DNA of 64,000 nt from the human T2T-CHM13v2.0 reference genome, Homo sapiens (GCF_009914755.1 NC_060932.1); one strand, 5' to 3'; numbered from the stretch's first letter, positions 30,777 to 53,770 are shown. Numbers and translations are program-made. The notes: generated by a model not told the origin, from the sequence alone.

Positions 30777-33700
30777 TAAGCATTCATCAGGCATGAGTGC
30801 CTGGGAAGTTGCTTATCAGAATCATGTTCACACATTCATTTCCTATTTAAGATGCCGACTTGGCCTTTTTTCTTGGGTGGCTTTTCATGGTGATTAGTCT
30901 TCACTGGCGTGGTGATCTGTGCAAATCTAGAATTCAAATGTATACATAAACATGCAGCTCTGCGGCTCATTTAGGGTTGCCATTCTAACAACAGAGAGTC
31001 AGAACAACCTCATGGAAGCCTCCCAAGCTCTTCATGACCCTTTTCTCATTTTTCAAAAGTACACCTGGCAAAGCTGCTGGTGACCCACGTGCTGGGCATC
31101 AAGGAACCTCTGACTCTGAGCACAGCACCAGCTGGCGGTGGGAAGTCCCGCCCGAGGCCAGAAGCTGCGAACACATCTCAGGCCCCTCCCGGCCTCGGGA
31201 AGAGTGGGCAGGCAGTAAAAGGCAGCTCCCAGGTCCCCTCTGGGACCATCTCTGTCCCCACCAACACCACGGCAGTTCAGAGATCATCAATTTGGAAAAA
31301 CAGTCTTTCCAAAGTAACTTTTGAAGAAGAAGTGTGAGAAAATATATTCAGAAACAAAACCCACATTGAACAGAGAGAGGAACAGACACTTCGCTTAAGT
31401 GGGAATGGCACGGGGCCCACCTCGGGCTGCACGCTGGGTCAGAGGCGCCATCCCTGGGAACCCCGAGGAGGTTATGGGGGCACCAGGCACCCCGGTCTGA
31501 ACGCTCCCACTCATCGGCTGACTGGCCACCCTCACCCACACCTCACACTATGGCTGCTCTCACTCCACCATCTGACCATCACAACACACGCCCACATCCA
31601 TGCAGACTGGAGACACAGTGAAACACGCGTCTTGCAAGGAAAAACCTGTGAGATTTCTGAAAATCATGTTAGAGCCCTACTGAGGCAGAGGCCTGGGCCA
31701 GCCGAGAAAGGTGAGAGGAGGCCCTGTTGTAACACAGCTGGAAAGCAGGATTCATAGATGGATTTCATGTGGAATCTAGGCCCTCAAGGATGGGGCCCTC
31801 AAAGATGACACCAAGGTCTGTGCTTGAGAAGACAGAAGGAGCCGCTTCACCGAAACGAGAGGACTAGGGAGGGAAGGGCAGCAGACACCCACGGTCCTCT
31901 CAGGATGTGCTGACTGCAGAGGCCTAGAGTCCCACAGGGAAGCCGTGGGAGGCCCCCTCTGCCCCAGCCCAGCTCAGCCCTCCTGCTTGAGGAAGAAGGA
32001 GTGGCGGGACACCAGAGGGACAGGCTAGGAAGCACTCAGTAGCAGTGGCAGGAGCTCAGGAGGCTTTGGGCTGGCCCTGAGACACCACCACCCACTGGCC
32101 AGCAGCAGCTGGTCCTCCAGGTCTCCGTGACTCCCCCAGCCCCATGCCCACCCAGGATACAAAGGCAAGCCTCCCCACTCCCCAGCCACTCCCTTACTCA
32201 GTGAGGACCCAGGGCTGCTCACTGTGCCACCCGCCCGCCGCGCAGCACCATTCCCCAGCTACAGGGACAGCTGATGGTCACACAGACCCCACAGCGATCT
32301 CTGTCACTCCCAGACGCCGCCTCCCCAGTAACCCCTGTTGTGGGGGTGTAGACGGAGAGGCGCAGACACTGTCCTGTCAACAAGCCAGGCTCCATGTTGT
32401 CCGTAAGTCCAGGGCCCAGCACCTAAGGGTGATTAACTGGCAAGGACACCAAACAGCGGAGGAGGAGGGACCTCAGCTGAGCGAGATGAGCGACAGTGAA
32501 CAAGGCCAGGCAGGAGACAGAATGGATGGGCGTCAAGGGAGGAGCCACCCAGCACCTGGAGAGCAGCTGTGGTCACAGGCACGAATTCATCACAGCCACA
32601 GTCATCAGCACGGGCTGCAGTCTGGGGTAGAAAAATCAGAAGGAAGGAAACGTTAAAGTTTTAAGCAATAAGAGACCCAGGGGCCGTGTTAAAAGGTAAC
32701 TCATTCTCTACCTCATCCCAACTCAATGACACAATCCTGGCTCCACCTGGGCCAGCACAGGGGCTTGTAAAAGAGTATGCATGGGAGACTCCCCATAGAC
32801 AGGTCCCAGTCCCCGGACACAGACACGTACCACACTGCAGGCACCAGCCAGTCCTTCCCGAGGAGCTTACCCTCACTGGGCAGAGCCACGCACTGAGGGG
32901 CAGAGCCCACAAGCCCACTGGCAGCCGAGGTCACCCCCATGCCTGACCTGGCAGAGCCCTGCAGGAGGCAGGTCCACAGGGCATCCCTGGTGGCTGAAAG
33001 GTCTGAACCAGCACTGGGCACAGGAGCCCAGCAATGCCAGCCCGAGGCGTCTGCTGGTCTCCGGAGGACACAGTTGCAAACTCGACACAGACACAGAGAA
33101 GCAGGCTGGCCCCTCCAGCTCCTGCTGCCACGCGCGGCTGGGAGGTGTCACTCACACCCCACGTGGAACAGGGCCTCTCGGGCTATACTCCCACACCTCT
33201 GGCTGGCACTTCAGCAGAGAGTTTTTCACTGTTTTAAATTAAAATACAGATAAGGCTTGCATTAATTTAGTAGAAAAGTTTAGCGCCAACTCAGGGCTTT
33301 CATAAATTATAGAAGAATACATTACATAGTACCAGAACACAGAGAAGAGATAAAGTAATTCACACTTAAACTATACTGATGAAGTCAGTCATCAGTAAAA
33401 TGGCAAAATCCAAATCATCGACACTTTTTCTAAATTGAAGTCCCACAAAGCATTTACTATTGCATTGCTTTTCAAACAAACCGTTATCTAACAACCCACT
33501 GTTAATGGGGTAGACTGTGGAGGGTCTGATTCTGCCCTATCAGCACATCCGCAGGAAACACCTGCAGAAATCATCACCAGGGAGATGCCGGGGGCAGGGG
33601 TGATGGTCGAGTGTGTGTGGACATGTCTGTATTCTGAGTGTGGCAGTGGCTTTCCAGAGGGACACTTCTGCCACAACTCATCCAATGGTCACTGTCAACG

Positions 33701-34136
33701 AGTACAGTTTATCACGTGTAGATAATGTGTCTGTAAAGTTCACTTCTCACAAAGTGCTCCTGTGTGACTCCAGAGCCCAGGAGAATGGGAAGCTCTTCTG
33801 GCTCTTGGCCAAGGGTTTGTTTCACCTCCAGAACAGCTCCGAAGGCAATGCCAGGCCTCCTGAAGCTCAGGAGTGAAGAGGAAATGCCAGGTTCCTAAAT
33901 ATGAGGCTGCTCCAAACTCCTTACAGGCAGTGCAGGAACAGAACACCCAAAGGGGTTATCTTCATAGAGCACTTTTACCACCCAACTAATGGGATATTGA
34001 GACACCCAGAAACTTAGTTCTTGGACCAGGCATTGCCCCTCAAATTTGCTTTCCCTTGCCAAGATCTCACAAAATGATTTTTTAAAAAAAGATATATTTT
34101 AAACAAACAAAGCAGCACAAGAGAATAAGAAAGGGG

Positions 34137-35320
<1,184 letters not shown>

Positions 35321-35327
35321 AGGCAGG

Positions 35328-35362
<35 letters not shown>
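35321..35362. repeat. (CAGC)n tetranucleotide microsatellite
   Basis: aggcaggcagccagccagcc... Confidence 0.9.
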
Positions 35363-35364
<2 letters not shown>

Positions 35365-36959
35365 GGGAAGAGTTGAAACAATCCAGGAACTTTATAAAGC
35401 ACAATGGGAGAGAGGGCAGAGCCACCCTCAGTCCAAGGTGGGCTGTGCGGGACCACCGCTTTGAGCCCCACAGCAGGCCAGGCCTCGAAGCTCAGGCACC
35501 GAGGTGAGGACGGGTACCTGGAGCTCAGCAGGCTCCTCTGTGACGCAGCTGTAGCAGCCAGGGGTCTCCCCACGCTGAGGAGGGTGAGGAGGGGTGGCTG
35601 CCATGGAGGGTGCCCAGGAGATGTGGGGCCTGACCAGGGCCTCCACATCCCACAGCAGCCTTGCAAGCCAGAGGGGACCTCCACCCAGGGCCTCCTTCTG
35701 TGCTAAGAGTGGAGTTCCTGGAGTTGGAAAGTCCTGCCGCCTAAGCCCTACCACCCTGGAGAGGCCCCACTCAGGACAAAGCCCACTGGTAAACCCAGGC
35801 CCGCCCCATCCAGAGATACTCCCACCAGCTCCCTGCTCCAAAGTCCCTCAGTCATTGTCACAAATAGTGAGCAGCAGACATGTGAGAAAATCACAAGAAA
35901 ATGTCCACACAGAGGACAGCACAAGGGGTGGTAAGACCATGAGACCACCTGGGGCAACAAGAGAATTGATAGAAAACCCAGTCACGGCTTTGAAAGGGCC
36001 CAGGACTTCATGCCCTGAGCCGCAGCTACGGCTCAAGACTCCATGTGACCCTGTGGCCCTTCTGTCCCACACTCACCTGACAGACACCCCCCACCGACCT
36101 CCCCCACAAGCCCAGCTGTGTAGCCTGTTAATCCTGCCATGTAAAGGGGTGCCCTGCAGGGGTGTGGCAGGAGGGTCCTAAGAAGACCAGCATATTTCAT
36201 CCTGTGTCACTCTTGTACTCACTGAGAGCTGGGGGGTGGGGGGGGGTGGGGGCCCTCCAGGTGGGCCTGATCTAGCCCCATGCGCCGCTGAAAAGCAGTT
36301 TCCTCCAGGTGGTGACAGGGAGAGTCAGAGACTGGATTCAGGTGCCTCTGCAGGCTGTGAGGATGAAGGGCCAAATGGAGGGGCATGGAGAATGGACGCC
36401 AGCTGACAGCCAGCCAGAAAACGGCCCTTGGTCCCACAGCTACAGGGACTGACCCAACTCCCAGGAGCCTGGTGCCCTGAGGCAGGAGCCCAGCCCGGCC
36501 AGCGTACCCCGACTCAGCACACCCCAACTCACCCTAAGCTGAGAATCCTGCCAAACCCACTTGAGCATCTGACCTACAGAACTGTGAGCTATGACCAGGC
36601 ATTGCTTATTGCCTGCACAGAATGCTCGTAGCTGGCTTAGAGGGCAGAACCGCGGTCTCCAGGGCAGCAGCCAAATCACCTGAGGATCCTCTCCTCAGGA
36701 GGCAGGTTCTCAGCTCCTCACCACAAAACTACCCACCAGAGACCAACAGGCGGGCCATGAGCCTCTTCTGTTTAATGTTTCATTAGAGAAAATCTCAAGC
36801 ACACACAAACAGAGAGAGAACGGCTTATGAAAACTCATTATACAAATTGAGCTTTTCCTACCACACCCAACCAAATCAGAGTCGAGGGACCCAGGAAAAG
36901 CTCTCAGGCACACGGCACCTGCTCCCAGAGCCCCCCTCCCACCCCCCTGCCCCCTGCAA

Positions 36960-38920
<1,961 letters not shown>

Positions 38921-38922
38921 TT

Positions 38923-42360
<3,438 letters not shown>

Positions 42361-43597
42361 AAAACTTTAGATAAATTAAATTTAACAAAGTTTAACTGAG
42401 CAAAGAGTCATCTGAGAATTGGGCAGCTCCCAGAACCAGAACAGGTCCAGAGCAAGTCCGGGGCTGCTGCATGGTCAGACCACACTTAAGGACAGGAAAA
42501 AAAAGGGACAAAAAGTGAAAAAGACAAAAACAGAACAAAAAGAAAAGAAAAAAAGGAAAGTGACGGACAGAAAACAGTCACGCAATTTTGTGAAGTTGCA
42601 GCAACATTTAACGCTTGGGATATTTCACCATAAAAGTCTCCATTTCTGGCTTCATTTGAACAGATTCAGCAGCCTGGGAGGTGTGGCCCGTGCACCGCCT
42701 GCCTACTTAGAATTACATTCCCAGCTCACAGCCGGGATGGCAGGAGAGTGCGGAAGTGGCACATGGCAGACACAACCGGGGATGACCCAGCTCCTCACCA
42801 GAGGGCAGGTACCGGAAACCAGCAAACACGATTTGACAGGACGCAGAGCAAACACCGCATTAAACAGCTCCTGCGTTCCAAGGCCAGGTGCTTAGTTCAT
42901 CTATGGAAACCTTACTTAAAACGACACAATTAGCTCAAACGGACTCATCCTACCTTAGATTCTACTCGCCGCGAATGGATGCATGCAGCCTGCCATCAAG
43001 CCACGGAGGTACCACATTTCTCAAAAGCAAAAGCTAACCGTTTTTCCATCGGGCTCTTTTCTTTGTTCTGCGGGACACAGAAAGCTATTTACATGATTAT
43101 CTGACACAAGAAAGCAGGAGAGAAGAGAGCAGAGGGAGAGAAAGGTGAGTGAGGACTGCAGGCCTAATGCCTTTCAACTTTTTTTTGGTTCTAATCTTTG
43201 AAAAAGATGTGGTCACACTGGTTGTTAACCACAGTAACAATCTGACAAGATGATTTATCTAAAACAAAAACAAACAGAAAGGGCCCCTGGCACATGAGGG
43301 AGATGCCAGACCCCCTTGTTACATCTGGGCCCCCGACACGAATGTGCAAGAGCCGGACCTCTGCACCTGTCAGAGGCGGCTCGCATTACGAACCTGCTCC
43401 ACAGTCCTGTGGATTCCTAACTCCGCTCAAGCGGAAACAAAGACTGGAAAAAGAACACGAGGCAGGTCCCAATTCCACTGCAAAGGCCAGGCTCTCAGGA
43501 CGAAAGCTGATCTCACCCTGTGCCCTCGCTCCCCCCATTCCCTCACTGCCCCATTTCACCTCACTCTTAGAAGAGGGATAAAGGGAACAAACCTTAC

Positions 43598-43668
43598 CCA
43601 ACAGTAAGATTGTCCCGCCCTGGATTTTCTTTTGAAACGGAGAATTTATTTTCTTCCCTCAAGCACTG
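43598..43668 (-). other. Candidate non-coding upstream TOP1MT exon
   Basis: Pyrimidine tract ccctgttctcttgtgacttatag| and donor TGG|gtaagg in non-repeat sequence, on the TOP1MT strand, downstream of the distal CpG island. Confidence 0.45.
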
Positions 43669-44138
43669 CTATAAGTCACAAGAGAACAGGGTTACGTTGA
43701 GGACATTTCCATGTCATAATAAACAGAACTTCTGTGAAAACACTAGGATGAACCCCACCACAGCATCCTGCATGTGGCCAGCGGGCAGACAGACACAACT
43801 CTGAGAATGGGGCCGGCCAGGCCCAGGCCACTCACTCCCCGGCCCACGGCTGCTTGCCATTACAGTTCAACCAAAGCCTGGCAGCAGCCGTCAAAGGATT
43901 CCAGGTAACCAGTAACCAACCCTCCCAGGATGGGCAAGCGTGCAGTCCCCACACCTAACTCCAGCTCCTTCTACACCCTACACACGACCCAGGCAGCATG
44001 CTGGCAGCAGATCCAACCCTTCTGAAATTTGACATAAATGCACCTTGTGTGAACACAAAGTACATATTTTTAAATTTATCTAAGTAAATGATCAAAAAAG
44101 CTTTTTATACTTGTAAAATACTCATTTCAAAAAGGTTC

Positions 44139-45735
<1,597 letters not shown>

Positions 45736-46623
45736 TAAATAAATAAAAATGAAACATTCACAGTAAATAAAAGGCTGGAACCTGGTCTTCGCCCTGTCTT
45801 CCCTGATTTTTATGCTTTGGCTTCTTCACTTTGAGCTTCTTTGCATTTTCCAGCCTTATCTGCCCAGTACTCTCTCTCTTCCTTTAATCAAAGAAATACG
45901 CTCCTGTAACTCCAAAGAAGAAACGGCAACACCAGTGCCAAAATGATGTTTTTGACAGGAAGAAACATAAACTTCACAGGAAAGCAGTGACATCACGCCC
46001 CTCCCATTCCTCCCCTGTTCTGATCCTGGGCTGTGGTTCAGACAGGACCTACAGCCCAGACAGCTCCTTCCACCCCATTCTCTACCATTGTAGTGATGAG
46101 GTTAGACCCGAATGTTACAAGAGCTGGGCAAGCAGGTGAAGCACCCCCAGCAACAAAATCCATCATCATAAACATGCAAAGGCCACTGCTTCCCAAAAGT
46201 ATTTGCTACCTCTTGAGAGCAACTTTATCATCCACTGGCAACTGCTTCAAATTGGGCCCCGACTGTCTCCCATCACCTATCTGCAACTGAGTGTCCCCAC
46301 CTGCAAGAAAACACACACGTCTCCAGGGCCCTGGGGTGAGCAGCAGGACCGTTCCACAGAGGTGAGCCTGGACCCAGGCAGCAGGGACACTGCTGCACCT
46401 GCGGCTGGAGTGACACCGAAAACACAGCAGCAGCTGAGAGGGCAGGAGAGGCAACCGGCCACGAGCCTCTGTTGGCTCCAACCACCAAAGGATGGTGCTT
46501 ATTCCTGACCCCATTACTACGCAACCAGGCTCACTAGAAAGTTTCCATTAGCCGGTCTGGAGCATATTCCTGGGTGTGATATGCCATCATGTTCATGTTT
46601 TTTAAATCACTATTAAGTAAAGC

Positions 46624-46773
46624 GTTTTTTTTGTTTTCTGTTTTTTGGTTTTTTTTTTAGAGACAGGGTCTCACTATGTTGCCCAGGCTGGTCTCAAACC
46701 CTGAGCTCAAACGATCCTCCTGCCTCAGTCTCCCAAAGCGCTGGGATTATAGGTGTGAGCCACCGCACCGGCC
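46624..46773 (-). mobile_element. Alu monomer (FLAM-like)
   Basis: Poly-T plus a reverse left monomer. Confidence 0.85.
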
Positions 46774-47329
46774 CTTAAGTAGACTATTTTGAATGCTGCA
46801 TAGAGACTCCCCTGAAAATAGCCTGTTCTTGGGTTTTAGCTGGGAGCTTATGGCTTTAGATGCGCCAGACCAAAAGAAAAAAAAACAGCTGCAAACCTGA
46901 GGTGTTACAAGGTGGCTGCCAGCAAAGCGATCCAGGAGAAGGGAGGCAGGTCACCACGCCAGGAGAAGAGAAGGGCAGGGAAAAGGCCAACTCCGGGAAG
47001 AAAGGCCCTGGGGCAAAGCGCATCCAAAGCCGTCACTCTGGGGCAGAAGACAGAGCGGAATCCCATCAGCGACGGCCGTTTCCAGACCCTTTTCCTAGGC
47101 AGCCAGACCGGCACCGCTGGCCAGGTGCAGGGCCCAAGCAGAAAGTCAGGAGCCAAGGGAGCGATGAGGAGGGGTGGGGCAGCCAGGGGAGAGGACACCG
47201 AGCGGGAGGGGTAAGCGAAGGGGGAAGAGAACAAGGGGGCCTGGAGGGGGGACACAAAAGGAGGGCCCATGGAGATGGAGGAAACACTGAGGGGTGAAGC
47301 ACACGGAGGGGGGACACAGAGGAGGAGGG

Positions 47330-47900
47330 GACACGTTGGTGGCGTCGTGCGCGGAGGGGGAGGTACACGGAGGAGTCGCGGAGAGGCGAGGGATGTGGGA
47401 GGTCGTCACCAACAGCGCGACCTGGGTCACCCACAGGAAGAGGGCCACTGAGGGCCCCGCCTGACCCCTCCCTCCTGGTGGCCCTGCGCCCTCAGGCCGA
47501 GTCCCACCTCCTCTGCAGCTCTTCCAGGACCCACGCGGTCCCACCGCACCACGGCTCCCCCGGACCCCGCTTCCCCGAGGCCTGCGCGGAGACGCCGGGA
47601 AGGCCCGAGCCCGCGCATGCGCAGCCGCCGCCACGTGCCTGCCTTGACGCCGCCGGTGCTGCCGGGAAGGGGGCGGGCTGCGCAGGCGCGGGAGAGGCCC
47701 ACGCGGTGGCCACGCGGGGCGTCCGGTGGCTGCGCTCGGTTGGGCCCCTGGGCTCGCGCGCTCCGTGGGCCGCGGTGCTGACGGGCACCCAGGAGGTGGG
47801 GTGGGAGGCGGCCGGCCGGGGTGGAGGGGCGTTCCTGGGCCGACGTGCTGTTGGCTTCCGCGACGTGGTGGAGTCTCGCCAGTCCCTGCAGCGCTTCTGC
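47330..47900 (-). promoter_or_regulatory. Distal CpG island, probable alternative TOP1MT promoter; NRF1 site and E-box
   Basis: CpG-dense with no convincing CDS; GCGCATGCGCA at 47613-47623; CACGTG at 47632-47637; candidate donor GAG|gtggga at 47508. I recall that TOP1MT has long transcripts starting about 25 kb upstream of exon 1. Confidence 0.65.
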
Positions 47901-49725
47901 GACTCTGAAGATAAAGAGGATCGTATTTTGAGAAAAGCTCATGGAGCAAGGAGCTCAAGGAGCAAGGCCTGAGGTGCAAGCTGTCACCGGGTCGCATCTG
48001 CTTAGCAGCCTGCACATTGCTAGCGAGAGTCTCCACTCAGCCTGAACATAGTGCTTGGGAGGAGGAGGGCCGCCAGGCCACACCCGTGGGGTGCAGGATG
48101 CGCCATGTCGGGGTCCGTGAGTCTGGGGTGACGTGAGATCCCAGAGGCTGAGTCTGGAAAATTGAGCGGATGTGGCCGCGGTAGCAGAATGGACGAAGGC
48201 CTCCAGGCCGAGAGGGAGCTCTGTGTACAAGGGCACGGCAAGTGGCCACCGGTGGCCAGTGTGGAGTACGGCTCCCTCCAAAGCAGGCTCTTCCTGCAGG
48301 TATTTTATCCGGGAGGTGGACTCAGGAAGCACAGGTAAGGGAGTAGGGAAGTACACGTGTTGGGGAGCAGGTGAGAGCCGGGGCCCCTGGACTAGTCCTC
48401 CTGGAGGCCTCTGGGAGAGCACAGGACACAGTTCCGAGTGGGTTTGCTCTGGTTTTGAGGGGCCATCCTTGCCGCCCCACCTCTGCCAACTGCACTTCCA
48501 GCAAGCCCCGGGCATAGGCCAGCACCCCTAAGCACTGAGAAAAGCGCTCAGGCAGGAAGTTGCAGGTGCTGGGGGCGGGGGGGCGTTGGGGTGCATGGGA
48601 AAGGCAGGGTGCTGAGAGCGTCAGCCGCACTGCATGTGTGTGCGTGGTGGGGCTGGGGAAGGGCTGGCGCGTGTGGACACGATGGTGCGGGCACCGGGGA
48701 GCACCACCCCCACATGATCCCCTGTATGTTGCAGAGAGATGATGGCACCAGTGGGCACACTGCTCGCAGGTCAGGAGGAAACAGGGCTTGGTCAGGCCAG
48801 AGACAGTAGGAGCCTAAACCGCAGGCCTGCAGAGGTTGAGGGGAGGTGTCTGATAATTAGTAGGGTGTGGAAATGAGAATGAGCGAGTTGAGGATGGTGC
48901 CCAGGCTTCTAGTTTGGGTGGTCCGGTGAGTGGCGCTGTCTTCTGGCCCTAAAGCCCTGTCACGGTAAGGAGAACTGCCTGGAAAACGTACACTTGGGGA
49001 AGACAGAAGAGGTTATTACAAACACTCCTTCACTTTACAACTTGGCTATTTTGTGATAAGTTTTAGTGCATTTATTTGAGTTTATTAAAGATGCCATGTT
49101 ACTGCCTTCTTAACAAATGGACATAGGCAGATAGCTGTTTTCCTGTTGTGGTGAGTAATGGCCAGGAGAGGCAGCCTTCTGTGGAGCAGGCACCGCAGAA
49201 CCTTTGCATGCAGATGGCATCTCCTCTACAATGGCGCCGGGGTTGCTAGAGCCACAGACGCTGAGCTTATTTTACTCAGAAAGCCACAGAAACAATAACC
49301 AAAAAAGGATACTATGAAGGCAGCATAGATCATATGCTTTTTAAAAAGCCCATCGTCAGCATCAGTGACAACACCATTACCGCTCAGTCACCGAGATTAA
49401 AAATTAGTCACACGTGGAAAATAGAAACAGGTTTTCAGGGAGAAGAAGGTTTTGATTCCACTGAATAATGCTCCCTCTTTTGCTTGGTAAATAGATGATC
49501 CATATTTCCTGATGATGTACATTTTCGAGGGTAGCTATGCCTAGGTGGTCTCAGATTTGGGGAAAAAGCCTTGGCCTCAGTTGACTGGGAAGGGCTCAAA
49601 AACTATAAATTGTATCCAAAAATGTCTGACAACAAGGTATTCAGTAATGACATCAGAGACTCCATCCAGACTGAATCTAGATTAGGTCACAAATGATTAA
49701 CAGTCCTTGGAATTAAGAACTTTTA

Positions 49726-50300
<575 letters not shown>

Positions 50301-50822
50301 ATTTTTAAAAAAGAACGTTTTTCTTGTGTGCATCACAATACTTCAGCGAGACACAATCCTCATCTGAGCCACCACGGGGCTGGCCCTTGCCCCTCTCCTT
50401 CCCTTTAAGCCCTGGTCCAGCCCAGCCTTCGGTCTTCTGAGCCTCCATGTACCTCGGCTGGGCCCCGGCCCCTGTCCTCAGCCCGTCCTGCCCGCTTCCC
50501 CTCCCTGGCCACTCTGGGCAGAGGCCTTGCTTCCTGTGTCACTGACACCTGGGGACAATCCACAGAGGTACCCCACACTCCCAACACGGCATCTGTCCCG
50601 CCTGTGCCCCCCACCCACCAAACCTCTGCTCCCCTCCATCTTCTCTCCTGTTACCGTGGTTGAACACTTCACGCCCCCTATTAAGTGCCAGCCACCCATC
50701 AGCCCTCCCCTGGCCCCACAAACAGTACTGCACCTGTCCTCAGAATTCAAATGTGCCCACTCCCTATGGCCGTCTCTGCTCTTCTGACTCACCTTAATCC
50801 CCGTTGAAGCACTCTCATTCTT

Positions 50823-51195
<373 letters not shown>

Positions 51196-53348
51196 TCAAT
51201 GGCGCAGGATGGCGCATGTGTTGGTCACTGGCTTCCCTTGGAACTGGTTCCTCCCTGAGCTCCTGGGGGCCACCTGACCCTGTTTCTGTTGCCCTCCTCC
51301 TTGGGCCCACTGTCGTGAACTATCCTGGCACTCTGTCCCCAGCAACTGTATAGCAAAGACGTCTACAGTGTGGACCTTGGCCTCCAGCCTGGCCCCTGAG
51401 CTGGAGACTCGGCAGCCTTCAGGACCCTTCCCCTGAGCTGTGTGAGAGAAGCTCCAGCCCAGCATCCCAAACCCAAGGCTCTGCCTGCCGAAACCTCCTC
51501 CTCCCAAACCGTCCCCGTATGGTGGTCACACCAGCCATCTCTGAGCTGCCAAGGCCAAAACAGTGTCGGAGTCCTCTACACCTCTTCCTCCCACCGCCCC
51601 GTGGAACCCACCGGCAACCCTCACACACGTTCCAGTATCACTGCTCTATGGCGGTGGGCTCTGCACCAGGCTGGACCACAGAAGGCCATGGTCGCTTCAG
51701 TTGTATAAAACACGCCACAGGTGCATCCAGCTGCTGGGATCAGTGCCGGTAAGTGCCCACTGCAGAAACCCAGTGTGCTGTGCCCGGGGCACCCTCACCA
51801 AGGCACTGTCCTAAGAATGAAACTGGCAACCAGAGGAAAGTCCACAGCAGGCCACTCTGCCACATTCCAAGGACAATCATGTGTTCCCCTTCCCCATATC
51901 CTTTTCTTTTTATTTGCCAGAAAAGTGCAGTTCTCCAGAAGCCAGCAGGCCAACCATGGGCGTCTCCCTCCCTCCCTCCCTAAGCACACTCAGCACCCAG
52001 GAGGGACATGAGCACCCACAGCCTGGGAAGGTCCCTCAGCGGCCGGGAGGGACATAAGCACACACAGCCCGGGAAGGTCCCAGAGCAGGCTGGGTGCTCC
52101 TTGCTTACGGAGGCCCCACCAGGGCCTGGCAGGGCACCCAGAAGATGAGGGCTTTAAAGAGCTCTCTTTGTCCCCATGTGGCTCCTTCTACCATGCTCCC
52201 GGCAAGCTAATGTTCTCAGTGGCTCTTTTTTTTTTTTAACAACTCTTATTTTCAAATAAGAATAAATATGTGTGTCTGTTCTCTGGGGGTTTAGGCAGCC
52301 CCGAGCTGACCCTGTGACTGGGGAGGGATTGATGGCCCCGTCTCACCGGGAAGCCAGGTGCATCTTTTACTAAAGGTGGTTTCTGAATGATGAATGGCTT
52401 TCTCACGAACATAACACTGTTGATTGTATTTACAAACAATTCATTTTCACGTTCTGTTGATTCTGCCCCAGCCGTCCCTCCTGTTGCCTCCACAGATGAT
52501 GCATTGGTGGCTATTACCACCATTGATGAAGGCGTCCTGCTCGCCCTGTGGTACCTGTTACTCCATTCATCACAGTTGAGCAGCCTGCGTGCAGCGGGAG
52601 AGCGTGTTCTCTTCGGGCCTTGCAGTTATTTATCCTTGAATTTGTGTGGGTTTGTGCACCTCTAAATACAGGTGCAAACCCACACTCCAAGATCTTAACA
52701 GGCGCAACAGTGGCCAAAATACACGGCCAGTTAAATTCTTGGGGTTTAGCCAGTCCCCCAAAGCCCACCTCTTCCACTCCACATTCTAAAAAAATACCGA
52801 TGCGCATAAACAGTGTCAGCAACCTCCACTAATTAAGGCTTCCAACCAGAAGGAAAGCTGAAGTAAGTACCAGCGATCAGCATCAAATCATCAACTTTTA
52901 GGGCTGACCTAAAAGACCCCAAGCCTGAATGCCCCAGCACCCACTGGGCAAGGGGCAGCCAGTCCCCAGCATGGCCTAATCCAGGCCAAGCAGGAAATTT
53001 CTGGAATCAGCTGCTTTTTCCACATTTCTCTATCTAGACCCCCTCCTCCTGGCTGCCTCTCTGGTTCAGTGGTGGCGTTCCCCTGAGCTTGACCGGGCTC
53101 TGCAGATGGGCTGGCATGCATGGAAGAAGCTGGCGCTGTGAGGAGTCCTGGCTTCCCGCTCACAGCCATTGGGCCTTGGGTGAGTCAGTCAGTCTCTCCA
53201 GACCTTGAGGTCTTCACCCAGGACATGTGGAGGCTCAGAAAGGAGCCCAGGTTCCTGCCCATCTGGAAAATCTGCATGTTCCTGGTTGCAGCAAGAGTCT
53301 GCCAGGCTCACACTTGCAAAGTACTGGTCCATATAAAAGCATAAAGCA

Positions 53349-53770
53349 GGCCAGGCACAGCGGCTCACACCTGTAATCCCAGCACTTTGGGAGGCCAAGG
53401 TGGGCCAATTGCTTGAGCCCAGAGTTTGAGACAAGCCTGGGCAACATAGCGAGACCCCATCTCTACAAAAAATACAAAAGTTATCTGGATGTGGTGGCGC
53501 ATGCAAGCGGTCCCTGCTACTTGGGAGACCGAGGTGGGAGGATTGCCTGAGCCTAGGAGGTTGAGGCTGCAGTGAAGTGAGCTGTGATCACACCACTGCA
53601 CTCCAGCCTGGGCGACAGAGAGCCACCCTGTCTCAAAAAAAAAAAAAAAGGCCAGTCACAGTGGCTCACACCTATAATCCCAACACTTTGGGAGGCCAAG
53701 GCAGGCAGATCACTGGAGCTCAGAAGTTCAAGACCAGCCTGGGCAACAGGGCGAAACCCTGTCTCAATTT
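53349..53770 (+). mobile_element. Alu followed by an Alu monomer
   Basis: Consensus match. Confidence 0.9.

Noticed and set aside
46860-47297. 145-aa K/R/G-rich plus-strand ORF next to the distal CpG island
   Set aside because: No recognisable homology; explained by purine skew at the island flank; wrong strand to belong to TOP1MT
52236-52523. Resemblance of IATNASS...KDAPGF to 3-hydroxyacyl-CoA dehydrogenase motifs (ASNTSS, KDTPGF)
   Set aside because: Motif spacing is much shorter than in HADH, the HFFNP catalytic motif is absent, and I see no nucleotide-level similarity; probably chance
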